DNA from: Raillietiella orientalis
Taxonomy: Eukaryota
Assembly: GCA_036172245.1 (NCBI GenBank)
Contig: JAYWIR010000062.1
Span: 186,001-250,000, forward strand
Direction of reading: 5' to 3'
Length of the DNA stretch: 64,000 bases
The notes below the pieces were generated by a model. It was not told where the DNA came from and did no database searches. It was given only the letters and a program-made list of their open reading frames with translations. This document shows, piece after piece, positions 49,870 to 62,700 of the stretch. Within the stretch, counting starts at the first letter, position 1. The number at the start of each line of letters is the position of its first letter. A program made the position numbers and the translations under genes.

Positions 49870-50726
49870 GCTCTTTAACACTATTGCACGCTTCCCGAGG
49901 AGGATGTGTGTGGTTCTTCAAGATAGGGAGGTACCCCGGGAGGGGGGTCCGTCCTATGAATCCAGGAAGGGCTCGGAGTCCATTCCTCTCACTCTTGGGG
50001 AGGGATCCCCCCGGGATTGGGGATCGCACCTCCCACCCTGGTTGTCTCCGAAGGATAACCCCGAAGGGAATCTCCTTCCTCATTCTCTATGGAGGGACCA
50101 TCCCGGAAGGGGGGTGGTCCCTCCATTTCAACTTCTCCGAAGGGAACCCGGAAAGGATCCACTAGTAGGAATTTCTTATCCGGAGGGAGCCCTCAAGGGA
50201 ACCGCTCCTGTTCACTCCTCTGAAGAGAACCCCGAAGGGACGCTTCCGAAATTCAGAAGGGGCGCTGCAGCTTCCCACAGGGGGATGGCTCTCGCTTGCT
50301 TCCTTGCACTCTTCTGGAGAGGCGGCGACTTGGAGGGTCTCCCCCGCAACGGGGGGGTCGGCTCCTTTAAACAACTGGAGAGGTGCCCGTGAGGGCTCCT
50401 GCTCCATCTTGAAACCGGAGGGGTACCCCGGTGGGGGGGTCCGCTCTCCGTTGCACGACAGGAGGGGAAACTCCCCACTCTTTTATTCCTGAGAGGACCC
50501 GAAGGTCGACTCCCATTGTTCTGGCCTTCATCGGGGGCCTCCGGCTTAATCCACCGCCGGTGCCACGCCCGAATGATTAGGCCAACCAGCGCCATTGCAG
50601 GAGAAACTCGGAAACCAACGACGCAGTGGCGTCAGAGTTTCTGCCGAAGTATTCGATCCCGCGACGCATGGTGCCACGAGCGGAAGCCCTAACCACAAAG
50701 CCTCCGACGTTGACATTCGTGGATCC
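49870..50726 (-). mobile_element. tRNA-derived SINE-like element, copy C
   Basis: The minus-strand head GGAGGCTTTGTGGTTAGGGC...CGTGGCACCATGCGTCGCGGGATCGAATAC has A-box-like and B-box-like motifs and aligns to 46580-46645. The body aligns to copies A and B. Confidence 0.65.
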
Positions 50727-52259
50727 GGGGCAACGGAGCTGCTCTAGTCGACCCCCTCAGGGATGAATCAAGAGGCATCTTCTCCCAGCTTCCTCCCCTC
50801 CCCCTTCTAACATTCAAGTCAAATAGGGAACGAGTGCCCTTCATTTCAAAGTTGCCCTGTGGCAATGCTTAGGGTGCATCTTTTTTTGTTTTTGAAGGCC
50901 AGCCAGCAGCGACCTCACGGGGAGGCCGTAACCACCGGCCTAGGGTGGCGGAAACCCCTTGGGGTTCTCCCGGTTTCCTTCCGGATTCTCGATGGGTGCT
51001 GGAGAACCTCCCGCCTCCTTGCGGGGGGCTCGAGAAGCTCCTTGAGCCCGCCTACGCCACTCGGAGGGTGCGTGCGGCTCGTTCGGGGAATGAATGCGAA
51101 AAGGGGGTCGACACGCATCGACCCCCTTTCCGCAGCGGTGAGCGGCCAGGAGGGGCTTCAAGGAGTCTTTCAAGGAGGATGGCCTCTGCGGGGGGCTCCC
51201 CGTGCTAGGGGCAGTGCCTTCCTCCGCCAGGGAAGGGGGAGGAGTGGACGGTTCTCCCACCTGCGCGTGGTCAGGTCAGAAGATCAGCTCGCCTGGCCGC
51301 CTCCCGCCGCCCCAGCGTCTTGGCGTTCACCTTCGCAGCGCAGCCGCCCTCTGTTCGCGCGCCATCAGCCCCTGAGGGCCAGATCGAAAGCCGGGCCTGC
51401 CGGAGGAAGACGCCGGATGTCTAGGGCGCCCCTGCACGTCTTCCTGAGTAGAGGAACCCGGTCGAAAGACGCCTCCGTTTGTCCTCTGGACTGTTAGCTC
51501 AGTCTCCGGCTGCAAGGCCTCGCAGAGCGCCCTCAGCGTCTGGCAGAAGTGACGTCGACTGCCGCTTCCGAGGATGGTGCACGCGGGATGCTGCGCCTCC
51601 GAGCTGGGCCCCGGCGGTGAGCGTCATCGCCATTCCAAATGGGGAGGGGGAGGAGGGGAGGGAAACCACCTGGAAAGATCGGCGGCGGGGCCGGCACGGA
51701 GGTCCCTCAGAGAGACGCCCCGCCTGCCTGCGCCGCCCTCCTCCAGAACCCCACAGCGGCTGACGACGGCGAGAACAGTCACCCTCTTGCAGAACAGCTC
51801 GCGTGCTGCATCCCCCAATGGATCACGAGAGGATCATCTTCCACCCCACGCGCGCGCGCTGGCGGGGGTGGGTCGGGTCATCCGGGATCGCCCCTCCCCG
51901 GATGACCCGCCAGAAGATCTGTCGGTCCGGCAGGCAGGACTTCCGCAGGGAGTCGTAGCGGGCGCATCCATCAGGTCGGCCTCGGCCCCGGAGAAACCCG
52001 CTACCCTTAGGTCGCTCCAAGCCGCGAGCCCCTGCGCGCCCGAGAGCGCGAGACCCATCCTCCGGGATGGGGGCCGCGCCTCTCCACGCGCTGTGGCGAG
52101 GAAGGGGTCGCGAGCGCCGTCGGCGGGTTTGCAGGAGGCGCGCGCGGGTGCGAGGGACGTTTGAGCGAGGAGTGTCCGGCGGCGCGGACCCATGCCCCTA
52201 GCCGTAAGAAGACACCGGGATCCGTCATGGGCCACTCCACTTCCGGCTCAGCGACGGAC

Positions 52260-52870
52260 CCGCCGCAGGGGGGAGGGGATTCAGTCGGCCTACCGTCGCG
52301 TCGCGGGCTGGTCCTGCGGACCGCTGCCGGTGGGAGAGCCTTCCGCCGGGAGCAGGGAGGGCTGGGAGACCGGGTATCCGAGTCGCTAGAATAACTGGGA
52401 AAGTCGATCAGGCCTAACCCCGGAGTGCAGGAGAGGAACCTGGGGGACCCTTCGGGAAGAACCAGGAGAGGATCTCCACCCTGGGAGTTGCTCTCCTCTG
52501 CGGAAGGCGCGGAAGGGGAGAAACACCGGCTTCCTGTGAAGGCGAGAGCCCGTCGCAGGAATGGGAGGAACGAAAGTTGCTCCTGGGTCCTGGCCCTGTG
52601 ACCCGCTCTGCGAAAGCTTCTCGGGAGAAGGGGGACCAAGGAGGAAGAAAGCGCCGGGATGCGGTGACCTCCGTGCCACCTCGTGAGCCCCAGGGGGGAT
52701 GGCACCCACTCCCGCCTCGTTCCCTTGAATCTCGTCGGCGCCGTCCGGCGTCTCTCCGCCACCCACCCTCAGCGCCCGTTCCCTCTTCAGCAAGGAGAGA
52801 GGGGCAGGGCCCCTTGGGCACTGCGGAGTGCTGGCAGACCCCGGAACCCCCTCCCGGAGACCCGCGACGA
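52260..52870 (+). mobile_element. More diverged copy (D) of the same SINE-like family
   Basis: GCGTCGCGGG, TGGGAAAGTCGA, CCCTTCGGG, CCCTCTTCAG and CCCCTCCCGG occur in the same order as in copy B. Confidence 0.35.
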
Positions 52871-54550
52871 ACCCTGTCGGCCCTGAGACCTCCTTCCGGT
52901 GGGGACCATCTCGGGGCCTCGATCCTCGGCTGCTCGGATAGGTGGCCACGCGCGAAGAGGGAGCCATCACCAGGCCTCGCTGCACGGGGGCTGCGGACCG
53001 AGGGGCTTCCAGGACCGCGGTCACGAAGGACGAGATGACCTCAAGGCTCCCTCGACCTATTCCTACCCCCCGCGCATCCCGGAGAGTCAAGCGAGGGCTG
53101 GCACGAAGGGATGGTGTGGGAGGCGGTCCAAGACTTGCGGCATTGACGCGCGGGGTAGACTCATGTGTCGATGGGGGGGGACTTTGCCGAGTCCGCAAGG
53201 GCATGAGGAGATGCGTAGGGGAAGAGCAGAGACACAGCGGGTCGTCGACGCAGTCCTGCACCCCTTCTTTGGCACCGGGGGCTCCAGGGAAGGGGAGCGG
53301 AGACCGCTTGCCCTCCGACGCGGGCTTCCTCCCACCGCCGAACCCGCCGGGGGACGCCGGTGGGCGGCGAGGGCCGAACATTTAGGCGCAAGCCCTCGGG
53401 ATCGGTTGGTCTTCGTTGCCACATGCCCCCCCAAGGGACCTCCTCGAGGTGGCCGCCGCGCCCTCAGGTGGCCAGAAGGAAGAAGAAGCTCGGAGGGTCC
53501 GCCTCCATGCTGCCGCCGGTGGCCCCCGGTAGTGGCGGTGGGGTCGGGCCTTTAGAGAGTGTTCGCCGAGCTGGAAGGGGCGTGCGTCGTCCCCTTCGCT
53601 CAAGGTAGGAGGTCGGCGCGGCCGTCGGCACCGCTCCAGCTGGTCATCAGTCCCTTCCCTCCTTCCGCACCGCCGCTGTGCGCTTCGCTCCCAGTCCCCA
53701 GGCCGTCCTCGGGCGTCTCCGCACTCGCCGTGGGGAGGTCTCCAGAGGGCCCTGCGCAGCGCCCTTGCGGCGCTTGCGTCTCAACCCCCCAACTTGCCTT
53801 CCCGGTTTACTTCCTCCTTCCCCTTCCCTCGAACCTGGGAGGATCCGGGAGGAGCATCCGCAGAGAGAAGGAAGAAGGAGCACCGCTTCCGACCCTCTTT
53901 GGATACCCTATCTCCCCCCCCCCCCCAAAAAAAAAAAGAAACTAAGAAAAAAAAGAAACTGGTGCCGCAGGCACGTCGCTCCGGGAGCCACCCCTTGCCT
54001 TCCTGCCACCAGTTTTCCCTCCATGCTGCCCGGTGTCGTGGGGCGGCTCCCGCGGAATTTCCTTTCCTTCGACCCTTGCGAGTGCCGCCCGCTCATCCCC
54101 ATCTGCGGGAGGAGAGGGGGCTCTGGCTGCTGCCGTCTCCAGGAGATGCCCATGGGAGAGTCCTCTCTTCCCTGAGCATTGCCTCGGCCGGGCCCCCTCG
54201 CGGCATCTGCCTGCGCTGGGTCAGAAGGAAGGCGGTGTCCCTCCATCTGCCTCCCCCTCTTTCCCTCCCTCCCCTTGCGAGGCCTCTCGGCTGCCGGAGG
54301 GGTGGGTGGGCGGCATTTCCTTTTATCCCGGGAGAGGAGCCTGTTCTCTACGACCAGGGTGGTGCGGAGTTCGCCAGCCGTCTGGGACGGCGGAGACCCG
54401 ACCCATCCCACGCTCACCTCCCCGGAGCAGAGCCCCTTCGGGCAGAGCAGGCGGGCGAAAACGGCGACGTCTTTATAAAAATATATCAATGAAGGGGTTG
54501 ACTCTGTACTGGGTGGGGCGCGGGGGCGGGTCGCCCCTCCCTCTTCCTCC

Positions 54551-57500
54551 TCACTGGTGCTGGCCGTCGAGGGCCTCCAGGAACTTCTCGTCGATGATCT
54601 TCGGGATGAGGCAGTGCCTTGGCGGGGGAGGGGCAGTTGGAGCCATGCGGCGCGCGCGCGCGGGGAGCGCCCTCACCTGACGGGCAGCAGGGCCAGGAGG
54701 AAGACGGGGAAGACCATCTTCACGTAGGGCCAGGAGGAGAACCCGATGGCGCACAGAATGGCCAGCTGCAGCACCTGGCTGAGGGTGAAGATGTGGATCT
54801 TCCGCTGGGGCACGCGCCGAATGTAGTGATTGGGCGGGTAGGCGGCCTGCGGCGGGTCAGAGTGTCTGCGCCCCCTCCCGACTCAGACTCCCGACCTGCT
54901 CCATGAACAGCAGGGTGATCCTCTCGAAGAGCTGGTTGCCGTTGAGAGCTGTCACGGCCATGTACAGGAAGAGTCCGTCGAGGACGGCCGTGGGGATGTA
55001 CGCCAGGGGGTAGGGCAGCAGCAGGAAGGACAGGCCGATGAGGACGTTGGAGAAGACGCCGGTCAGGCGTGTCTCCCTCACCTTGACGATGCTGGGCACG
55101 GCAGTGGATGGACCCCCCGCCCCCTCCAGACCCCGAGCTCACATCTCGTAGACGTGACCCTGGTCCACCCTCTCCTCCACGTCGGCCAGGTTGCGCACGT
55201 GCAGCGGCGAGTGCGGAATGGTGGCGTGCATCCAGGGCAGCCCCAGGCAGGACAGCACGGCGTTGATGACCCCGACCACCAGCAGGTCGTAGTGGTAGGC
55301 GGGACCTTTCTTCAGTCTGAGCACACACAGGAGGGTGGGGTGGGGTGCGGTAGCAAGGAGGAGACGCGGTCCCCCCCTCGGACCACTTACTTGTTGCAGG
55401 GGTTGTTGACCATGGCCGCCGCAATGTTCTGGTCCATGAAGAAGAGGAGGGACAGGAAAAAGCCGAGGCCCATACAGCCCAGCACGGCAACCCAGGACAG
55501 CGATCCCAGCCCGGGGAAGTGGAACGGCACCTCCTCATCCGTCTTGAAGTGTTCCACTGCAGGGGAGCAAGGCGCACGCGTGCAACTTCTGACCCCTCCC
55601 TCCCGGGGAGGGCTCTACTCACGAGGGACATCCTGGAAGACGTAGGATCCCAGGATGCTCAGCAGGATTACGGCGACGGGCAGGGAGTAGTCGGCCAGGG
55701 CCTCCCTCTTGCTCGCCTGCAGGTACGGGCTGCGTGGGGGAGGAGGAGCAGGTCAGCGGGGTCATCCTGCTCCCACCCTCCCTCTCCCTCCGTTCTCGGG
55801 GGGGGGGGGGAGGGACGGGCGAGGGACTGGAGGCGCGTACGCCCACTCACGTCTTGTTGAAGTTGTAGAGCGATACGCCCAGCCAGAGGGTACCCAGCAT
55901 CAGCAGCACGAAGAGGAGGCTGCTCTCTCGGTGGCAGACGCCCCCGACCTTGGTCAGGAAGCCCCCGGGTGCGGGGTCGGATCCTGCCGGGAGCACCTCC
56001 AGGAGCGACAGGTTGGAGGAGCTCTGGATGATGCACGCGGGGCTGAAGTAGTACCTGGCGAAGTCTGGAAGAAGGAAATGAGCGCCTGTGAGGAGGGTTC
56101 ACGCGCCGGTCGCCAGGGGCGGCAGAAGAAACGGACGGACGCGGCGGAGAGTTAGGCGAAAGGGGGATGGGGAGGACAGGGGGGAGGTCGTATCCGAGAG
56201 ACAGGGAAGGTAGCCGCCACGCGAGCGGCGAGGGAGGCTGAGGTGGGGGTGAGGGAAGACGACGTCTCTCCCCCTCCCCCTTCCTCGAGCGCAGAGGAAA
56301 CCTTCCTTTCGCCAGCGGGGCTGCTGCGGGCTTCCTTCTGAGGGGCATCTTCCGGCCGGGATGGATCCAGGGGAGGAGCGGAGAGTTCCTACCCGGATAG
56401 GGTCAAGGGTGGCATTTGAAGCCGGGAAAGCAAAGAGCATTCCCGGGAACGTCCTGGAAAAGGAGGTGGGTGCGCGCGCCTCCAGCGAGCCTCCACCCTT
56501 CCCTCCCCTCTCCGTCGCTACTTGACCGATCCTCGCCCCCTCCCCGCTCAGCCCGCGCGTCCTCCCGAGACTCACTCTGCATGACATCACGAGCCGCATC
56601 CACGATGAAAGCCACCGATATGAATAGGGCAAAGATCTCCTCTGTGGACCTGGTGGACCAGCGCATCATCCTGCTGACTCCCAGCAGGGCGTAGGCGATC
56701 AGGAAGAACGAGTTCCACAGCCCGACCAGACAGTACATGGCGCTGAAGTCCAGGTCGAAGGTCTTGCAGAAGCTGAAGATGACTGGGGGAGAGAAGGCGG
56801 CGCGTGAGGAGGGGGAGGGGGAGAACCCCTTCCCTCCCCTCCTGCCCGTCCCCACCCCTGGCGCACTTCCTCGCCGGAGGCGTCTACCTCACATGCCGGT
56901 GCTAGGGGTCCCCCGTCCAGGGCGTCGGAGGTCACTTCCCGAGGACGACGGCGGTCCGCGAGCGCCGCCGGGGACGCAAAGAAGCGGACCGTCGACCTTC
57001 GGGGAACCTCCGCCCCCTCTCCTTTGGCAGCGAGCGGAAAAGCAGCTCGCCAAGCGTCTGGCACCCCTGGGCGTCTGGGACGGGAGGCTTCTCAGAAACG
57101 CTGCTAGAGGCCAGCGCCGAGGGGATCCCGACGGCGGCCGACGAAGGCAGGCCGCCTCCCCCTCCTTCAAAAGGGGATGCGCCCTGGGGCATCCGAAAGG
57201 AGACCTCGATGGCGAGAAGCGTGCCGGACAGGAACTTCTCCCTCTTTCCAGGAGTGCGGGAGAGGAGGAAGGAGTGCCCCCCGTGCTGGGGCTGGGTAGC
57301 GCTAATCCACGCGGTCGGGAGGGCAGCGAGGCGAACAGCATGAAGGAAGCAGTCCGGAGGGGAGGGGGTACTCCCCAAAGGAACGGAAGAACCCTCCGAG
57401 AAGAGGGCCAAGTGCGAGGCGCCTCCTGTGGGCTGAGGAAAAGGACTGCGCAGGAGCTCCTCCGACGCATAACCGTGGAGGCTGGGGGAGAATCTCCAGG

Positions 57501-59797
57501 AACGGGAGGAGGCGAGGCGGAGGAAGTCCCGCGCCGCCACCCACCCCTCTCTTACCCCTCTCACCGCTCGGTGCTCACCCCCGAGCGCGCGTCCCAACGG
57601 GTCCACGCCCGCCGCGGAGCGCATCCGCTCCAGCGCTTTGCCCAGAGTCTGGAGGTGACTCCGACCACCTGTGACCGAGGTAGGGATCGAAGGGGGTTCG
57701 TACGCACTCCTCCACTCTTGGGCGATCTGCAATTCACCCGCTCCTGGAATTCCACGGCCATCCTGCGGCCAATTGGCCATTTCCGAACCGCCGCGGGCGT
57801 GCGGGAACCTTGCGCGCGGCCCTTCCGTACTCCTGGCGGCAAGTCCTCGCCAGTCTAGGGCGCCCCGTGGGCAGAGCGAGGGGCGTCGCCGTGTGCGTCG
57901 CGCTGTGAGTGCCCTCCGGCAGCAGCGGTGGAGGCTGAATCGAATGGCTGCTCAGACGCCGCGCCGCCCCCGCGGGCGCACTTTTAGGGAGCGCGCGCAG
58001 CCCCGTGCCGCTCCCGGGATCAGCCTGACACATAGATGCCCCACCCTTTGCAAGCCCTGCCCGTTCGCGCCGGGGCCGTGCCCGCGGACGAGCGCGCATG
58101 TGGACGAAGTATCCGTGGACACCTTTCCTCGCGGCTGAGCGGTGCGGTTGCCATGGAGGCGCCGCCGGTCCTCCCCTCGCCCGAAGCCGCCGGGTGATTC
58201 CCGGGACATCTGACGGGCACCGATTCCGGCGGCGTAAGGGACACAGAGTTTGGGATCGGGACGCTGCCCGGCCCCCACAGCGGAGTCCTTCGGGGAGAGG
58301 GAGCGTGCGGGTGCGGTGCGAACCGGGGAGAAAAGCGCGCCCCTTCCCTCATTCCCCTTCTCCCCCACCTTTTCGTCTTGGGGTCGCATCCGCGTAGGAA
58401 AGAGCGGGTGCGCCCCATCACCCGCCCGTCTGCCCTTCTGCTGAGTGGTCTTCCCGAAGGTGGTTTCCCGGGGCGGTGGAGGAGGGCTCGGGTCCCCGTA
58501 CTCACTCTTTATGTAGATGGCGATGGGAGCCGTGGTGAGCGGCACCAGCAGCGGCTGCCCGCTGAAGAAGGCGCTCGACAGACCTCCGATGATCTGTGCG
58601 GTTAGCACTTTCCTGACATCTGAAAGGTCCAGAAGGGAGGGGGGTTGTGGTGGCGGTGAGGGGTAGGGACGACGGAGGTCCCCCCTCTTCCCGGGGAGGG
58701 GGTAGGGTCGTCTCCCCCCTGCTGCTCGGGCGACAAGCGTGGCGGAGGATGGCGCCGATCGGCCGCCGTGCCGCAGAAGAGGGAGGACCCCCGGAAGAGG
58801 GGGACCCCGCCCTCCTACCTATCTTGCCCTCAGTGTTGTGGTTGTTGAGCTCCCCGAAGGCGATCGCCGGCAGGATGCAGGCGAAGTAGAGGAACAGTGT
58901 AGTGGAAATCAGCTTCTGGACCGTCCGCCTGCCCGTGACCCCATCAGCGAAGTCGCTCACGTAGTAGGGCAGCCTCCGGACCAGATCGTTCTTCACGTCC
59001 ACCCCGAAGCGGAACCAGCTGCTCTTCACCTGGCCGGAAGAGGAGCGTTGCCGGGAGGCGGAGTGAAGGAGGGGGAGGGGAGCGTCCCCGCGGTGCCGCT
59101 GTGGCGTAGCGGGGGAGTGTAGCTCGGCGCCGCGTGAGACGGCCGTGAACAGGCAGGGGGTACGACCGTGGCCCCCTTAGCGGCGATCGGTGGCCCTCGG
59201 GGGCTGCGGTGGCCTGCGCGTGTCCACGGACTTCAGTGGGAGCGCTCCGGTTCGCACTTCAGGCCACCCCCTCCCCATGCGAAGAGTCTCCGGTGAGCAC
59301 CCCTACACAACCCATATCCGTTGGTCCGGGGGCCTACCAGGATTCCGCTGTTGCTCCTCGTGCTGTGGTTCTCCTGGGTTTCCAGGGCGACCGAGTGCTG
59401 CCTGTTGGAGAGGTCCTGGGCGTGCCGCAGCATGTGGCCCTTGAACTCCTCCTCGGTCCGCGCCTCCAGAGCGCTCTGCCGGAAGGGCATGTCCGCGAAG
59501 AGGGTCGCGAAGGTCCTGCCCGTCTCCAGGGCGTTCTTCGTCCCTTTCTGAAAAGGAGCACTCGTCAGGGCACGGGGGCAGCAGAGACGTCCACCCCTCC
59601 CTCTGCTCGGCAGGGGGGACCGGGACTTCCTCCCCCGTCCAGAAAGAGGGGGGTCGCAGGGGCGCACAGAGACCTCCTTGCTGGGGCACAGGACCAGAAT
59701 GAAGAACTTGACCTCGTGGGACGTCCTGCCCATGTTGGCCGGCTGCTTCAGCCTGGCGATGGCGACGCGCCTGCTGTGCAGCGAGGGCAGGTTGGCC
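54551..59797 (-). CDS. SLC4A11: SLC4A11-like (sodium bicarbonate transporter-like protein 11/BTR1), 5'-partial. Exons 59797-59674, 59547-59338, 59029-58819, 58619-58506, 56782-56576, 56064-55851, 55729-55623, 55556-55391, 55316-55143, 55091-54896, 54846-54677, 54617-54551.
   Basis: Motifs [65 protein letters not shown]...[106 protein letters not shown] introns with consistent phases. Upstream exons were not found in 59800-64000. Confidence 0.94.
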
Positions 59798-62700
59798 CTG
59801 GGGGAGAGAAGAGCAGCATCAGCGTGGGTTGGAGGTGGCATTCCCCGCGCCCGCTTCGCGTCCCCTCGCTGCGCGCGCAGGCAGGGGAGGTGGAGGTGGC
59901 GGCGCTGCGCAGGAACGGTTCGGGACGCAGTGATGTTGAAAGGGGGTGGAGTGCGCGTGGTGGGAGCCCGATCCAAAAGGCTGCCCTTCCAGCGCCGGGG
60001 GCTCGCGGAAACGAGCAAGAGGACTGGCGATCCACTTTCGGGAGACAAGAACGGGGGGTAGAGATGTGCGGCCCTGTGCAGGTGCCCTCGGGCCACCAGG
60101 GTTCGCTGAGAAAGGGAAGCGACTCTCCCCGGTAGGAGGGGAGCTCGGCGGGGCCTTCAAGTAGCAGCTGCTCGCGGCGGCTGTAGGAGCGCTTCTCGAA
60201 GGGATGGAGAAAAGTGTCACCTTTCGCGCTCAGGGAGCGGAAGGGTCAGAGGGGCATCATCTCGCTGCTGCCGCCTCCACTCCTAGAAGCAGGAGGAGGG
60301 GGAGACGCGCGCGAGACGTCCCGGAACGACGCGTGGCCGCTTCGCTCATCGCCGTGGTTGGTGGCAAAGAGGGCACCGGGGAACGCGAGTCCGCCTCGGC
60401 AGAATGCCCCTTCTCCGGTCGTGCTTGCTTTCCGACGGCGGAGTTCCGGCAGAGTTCCCCGCTAGATGCCCCAGGGGCAGGCGAGGTCTCCTCTGCGCGC
60501 GCGGAGGGGAACGGACGGAGGGCGCGTGCGAGCGACCGCCGAGCCACCCTCAGCGCGCGGAAGGGAGGGGGAGGGGAGGAATAAAGGGGAAGGGGAGGAA
60601 ATGCCGCGGCAAGCGTGCGTGCGAGAACGCCTTGGAGACTTTCTTGCAAGTAGCAGCTGCTCGTTTAGCAGAGAAGGGCAGCTGTGGCGAGACACGGGGG
60701 GTGGGGTGGGGTGGGGTGTAATTAGGGGTGGTGGGGTGGAGTCTCCCATATCCCTCGCACCACGAGCTAGGCATAAGGGGCTGCGGCAGGAGACCTGCCT
60801 GGACCGTCTCCCACACCCCGCAGAGGATTCAAGAAGCCGAAAGACCAGCACCAAAGCCGCTGTGGGACGCCGAAGGCAGCGGGGTGTGCAGTGAACGGGT
60901 GGAGGGGGGAGTCCACCTTTCCTTTTCTCCTCGGCCCAGTGACCTCTCCCCCCCTCCCTCTTCTCCGCTCCGTACGTGCATGCAGGTGACAGAGTGTCGC
61001 GATCCGACGGAGAGTCTAAAACCGGTAGCGCGGGCCGTCGTGTCGCTCCATGGCTACGGCTCTGCTTGGTCGATCGGCGAGACGGGAGAGCGGAAGGAAC
61101 GCGCGCCCCCCGCCTTTGCGAGCTGGGACGGGGAGTCCCACCGTGGTCGAGGGGGGCGGCTGCACCTCTTCATCGCGGAAAGACTGGGCCACAGGATCCC
61201 CGGGAGGGCTCCGGAAACATCGGGCGAACGCGTGCGCAGGCGGCTGCTCGCCAGGCGCCCACGCTATGAGGCGAGGGGGCGAACGAGAAGAACACGACCC
61301 TCCGGGGCAAGACCGTCGCCAGCCGCCACGGGGCCCGGGACGTGAACCCGCTGGCGTAGAGACCTATCACCCGGATGACCTCCTGACGTCTCACCGTGGA
61401 GGAATGCCGAGTGGCTCCAGACCGGACCACTGAACAGGCAGCAGCCGCGGAGGGCCGCCCAGGGCACGTGGTGTTAGGGAGGCCCGGAATCGCATTCTCG
61501 CCTGCCCGACGCCGAGCCGGGATGGGGCCTGCTCGGACGGAGCCTCCCGACACGGTCCCGAGGTCTGCACCCCTTCCTCTGAGTCCCGAACGCGAGGGAA
61601 GGGAACGACGCTCGGCGCCTCGAGCTTTTTCTTGGGTGTGCGCCAACACTAGACGGGGTGTCCGCGGGGATGGCGGGATGTATGCGTTCGGGGGTATTCC
61701 CCTGGGTTCCCCCCTTCGCCAGTGGGGTCGAGGGCTACCCTTCGCGTCATGAGGGGGAGGGGCAGGAAACGGCCTGAGGGCGTGTCCGGCCGTGTGGCGC
61801 GCTCTCTCCCTCCGCCGGCGTTTGCGACCTGCTCTGCGGCAGCTTCCCTGGACGGAGAGGCGGCGGTGGGCGCGGCGAAGGGGGGGAGGGGACGAGATCG
61901 TCCTCTTTCGCACTAGGAACGCCTGGGGGTCTCCCTTCTCGTCGGATGGCCAGCGAGCCGCTGGTAGGTGCCCCCCACCCCCCTCACGCCCCCTTGCGAG
62001 ACGTCCCCTGAGGAGGCGCGTTGCGAAGGAGCAGCGGGGAGTTTCCCGCTGCTCCTCCCCCGCGCGTAGCATCCGACCCTGCCCTCGGGAAAGCTCTCCT
62101 CCCCCACCGAGCCGTGACCTCCGTGGCGCAGGGTAGGGGCCATCCCTGCCCTTGATTGGTTGGGACGGGCCCCCCTTTGGAAGCTCCTCTCCCCCTTTCG
62201 GAGTGGATTCGGGCTCCGTACCCTAGGCTGGAGAAGAAGTGCCGCCTCCTCTGCCTGAGAGACCCTGCTACGTCTCGCCCGCCGGGCTCGTTCGTTCGCC
62301 CCTCCCCGCGGGATGCTGCGGATCTGGACCGCGCGCGCGGCGGCGGCTGCATCCTCTTGCCAGTCGGTCTGGTATGCCAGGCGGCAGCCGGCCGGCAGGT
62401 CCTCCCAGTCCAGGCGCGCTTCCGTCTTCCCGAGGGACTCCTCCCGACCCGGCGCCTTCCGGGATCCGCGGGTTCCCCATCCCTTCTGCGCGAGGGGCCG
62501 GGACGTCTCCGGGGAGCCCTCAAAAGCCGCGGCCTCCCTTTCCACCCCTTCCCCGCCTGCCTGGGTGCTCTGCCGCGAGCTGACCCCTGTCGATCGCCAC
62601 CCTCCCCCACGCGGGAAGGTGGGAAAGGAACGCAAGCGCCCCTGTCTCCTCCATTCGCGTTTCCACGGCGACCTGGGGAAGTGCCAGGAGCGCGCGCGAG

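Noticed and set aside
49926..50510. CRISPR-like repeat-spacer appearance
   Set aside because: The repeats are degenerate and unevenly spaced, there are no cas genes, the context is eukaryotic, and the array is part of a dispersed SINE-like element.
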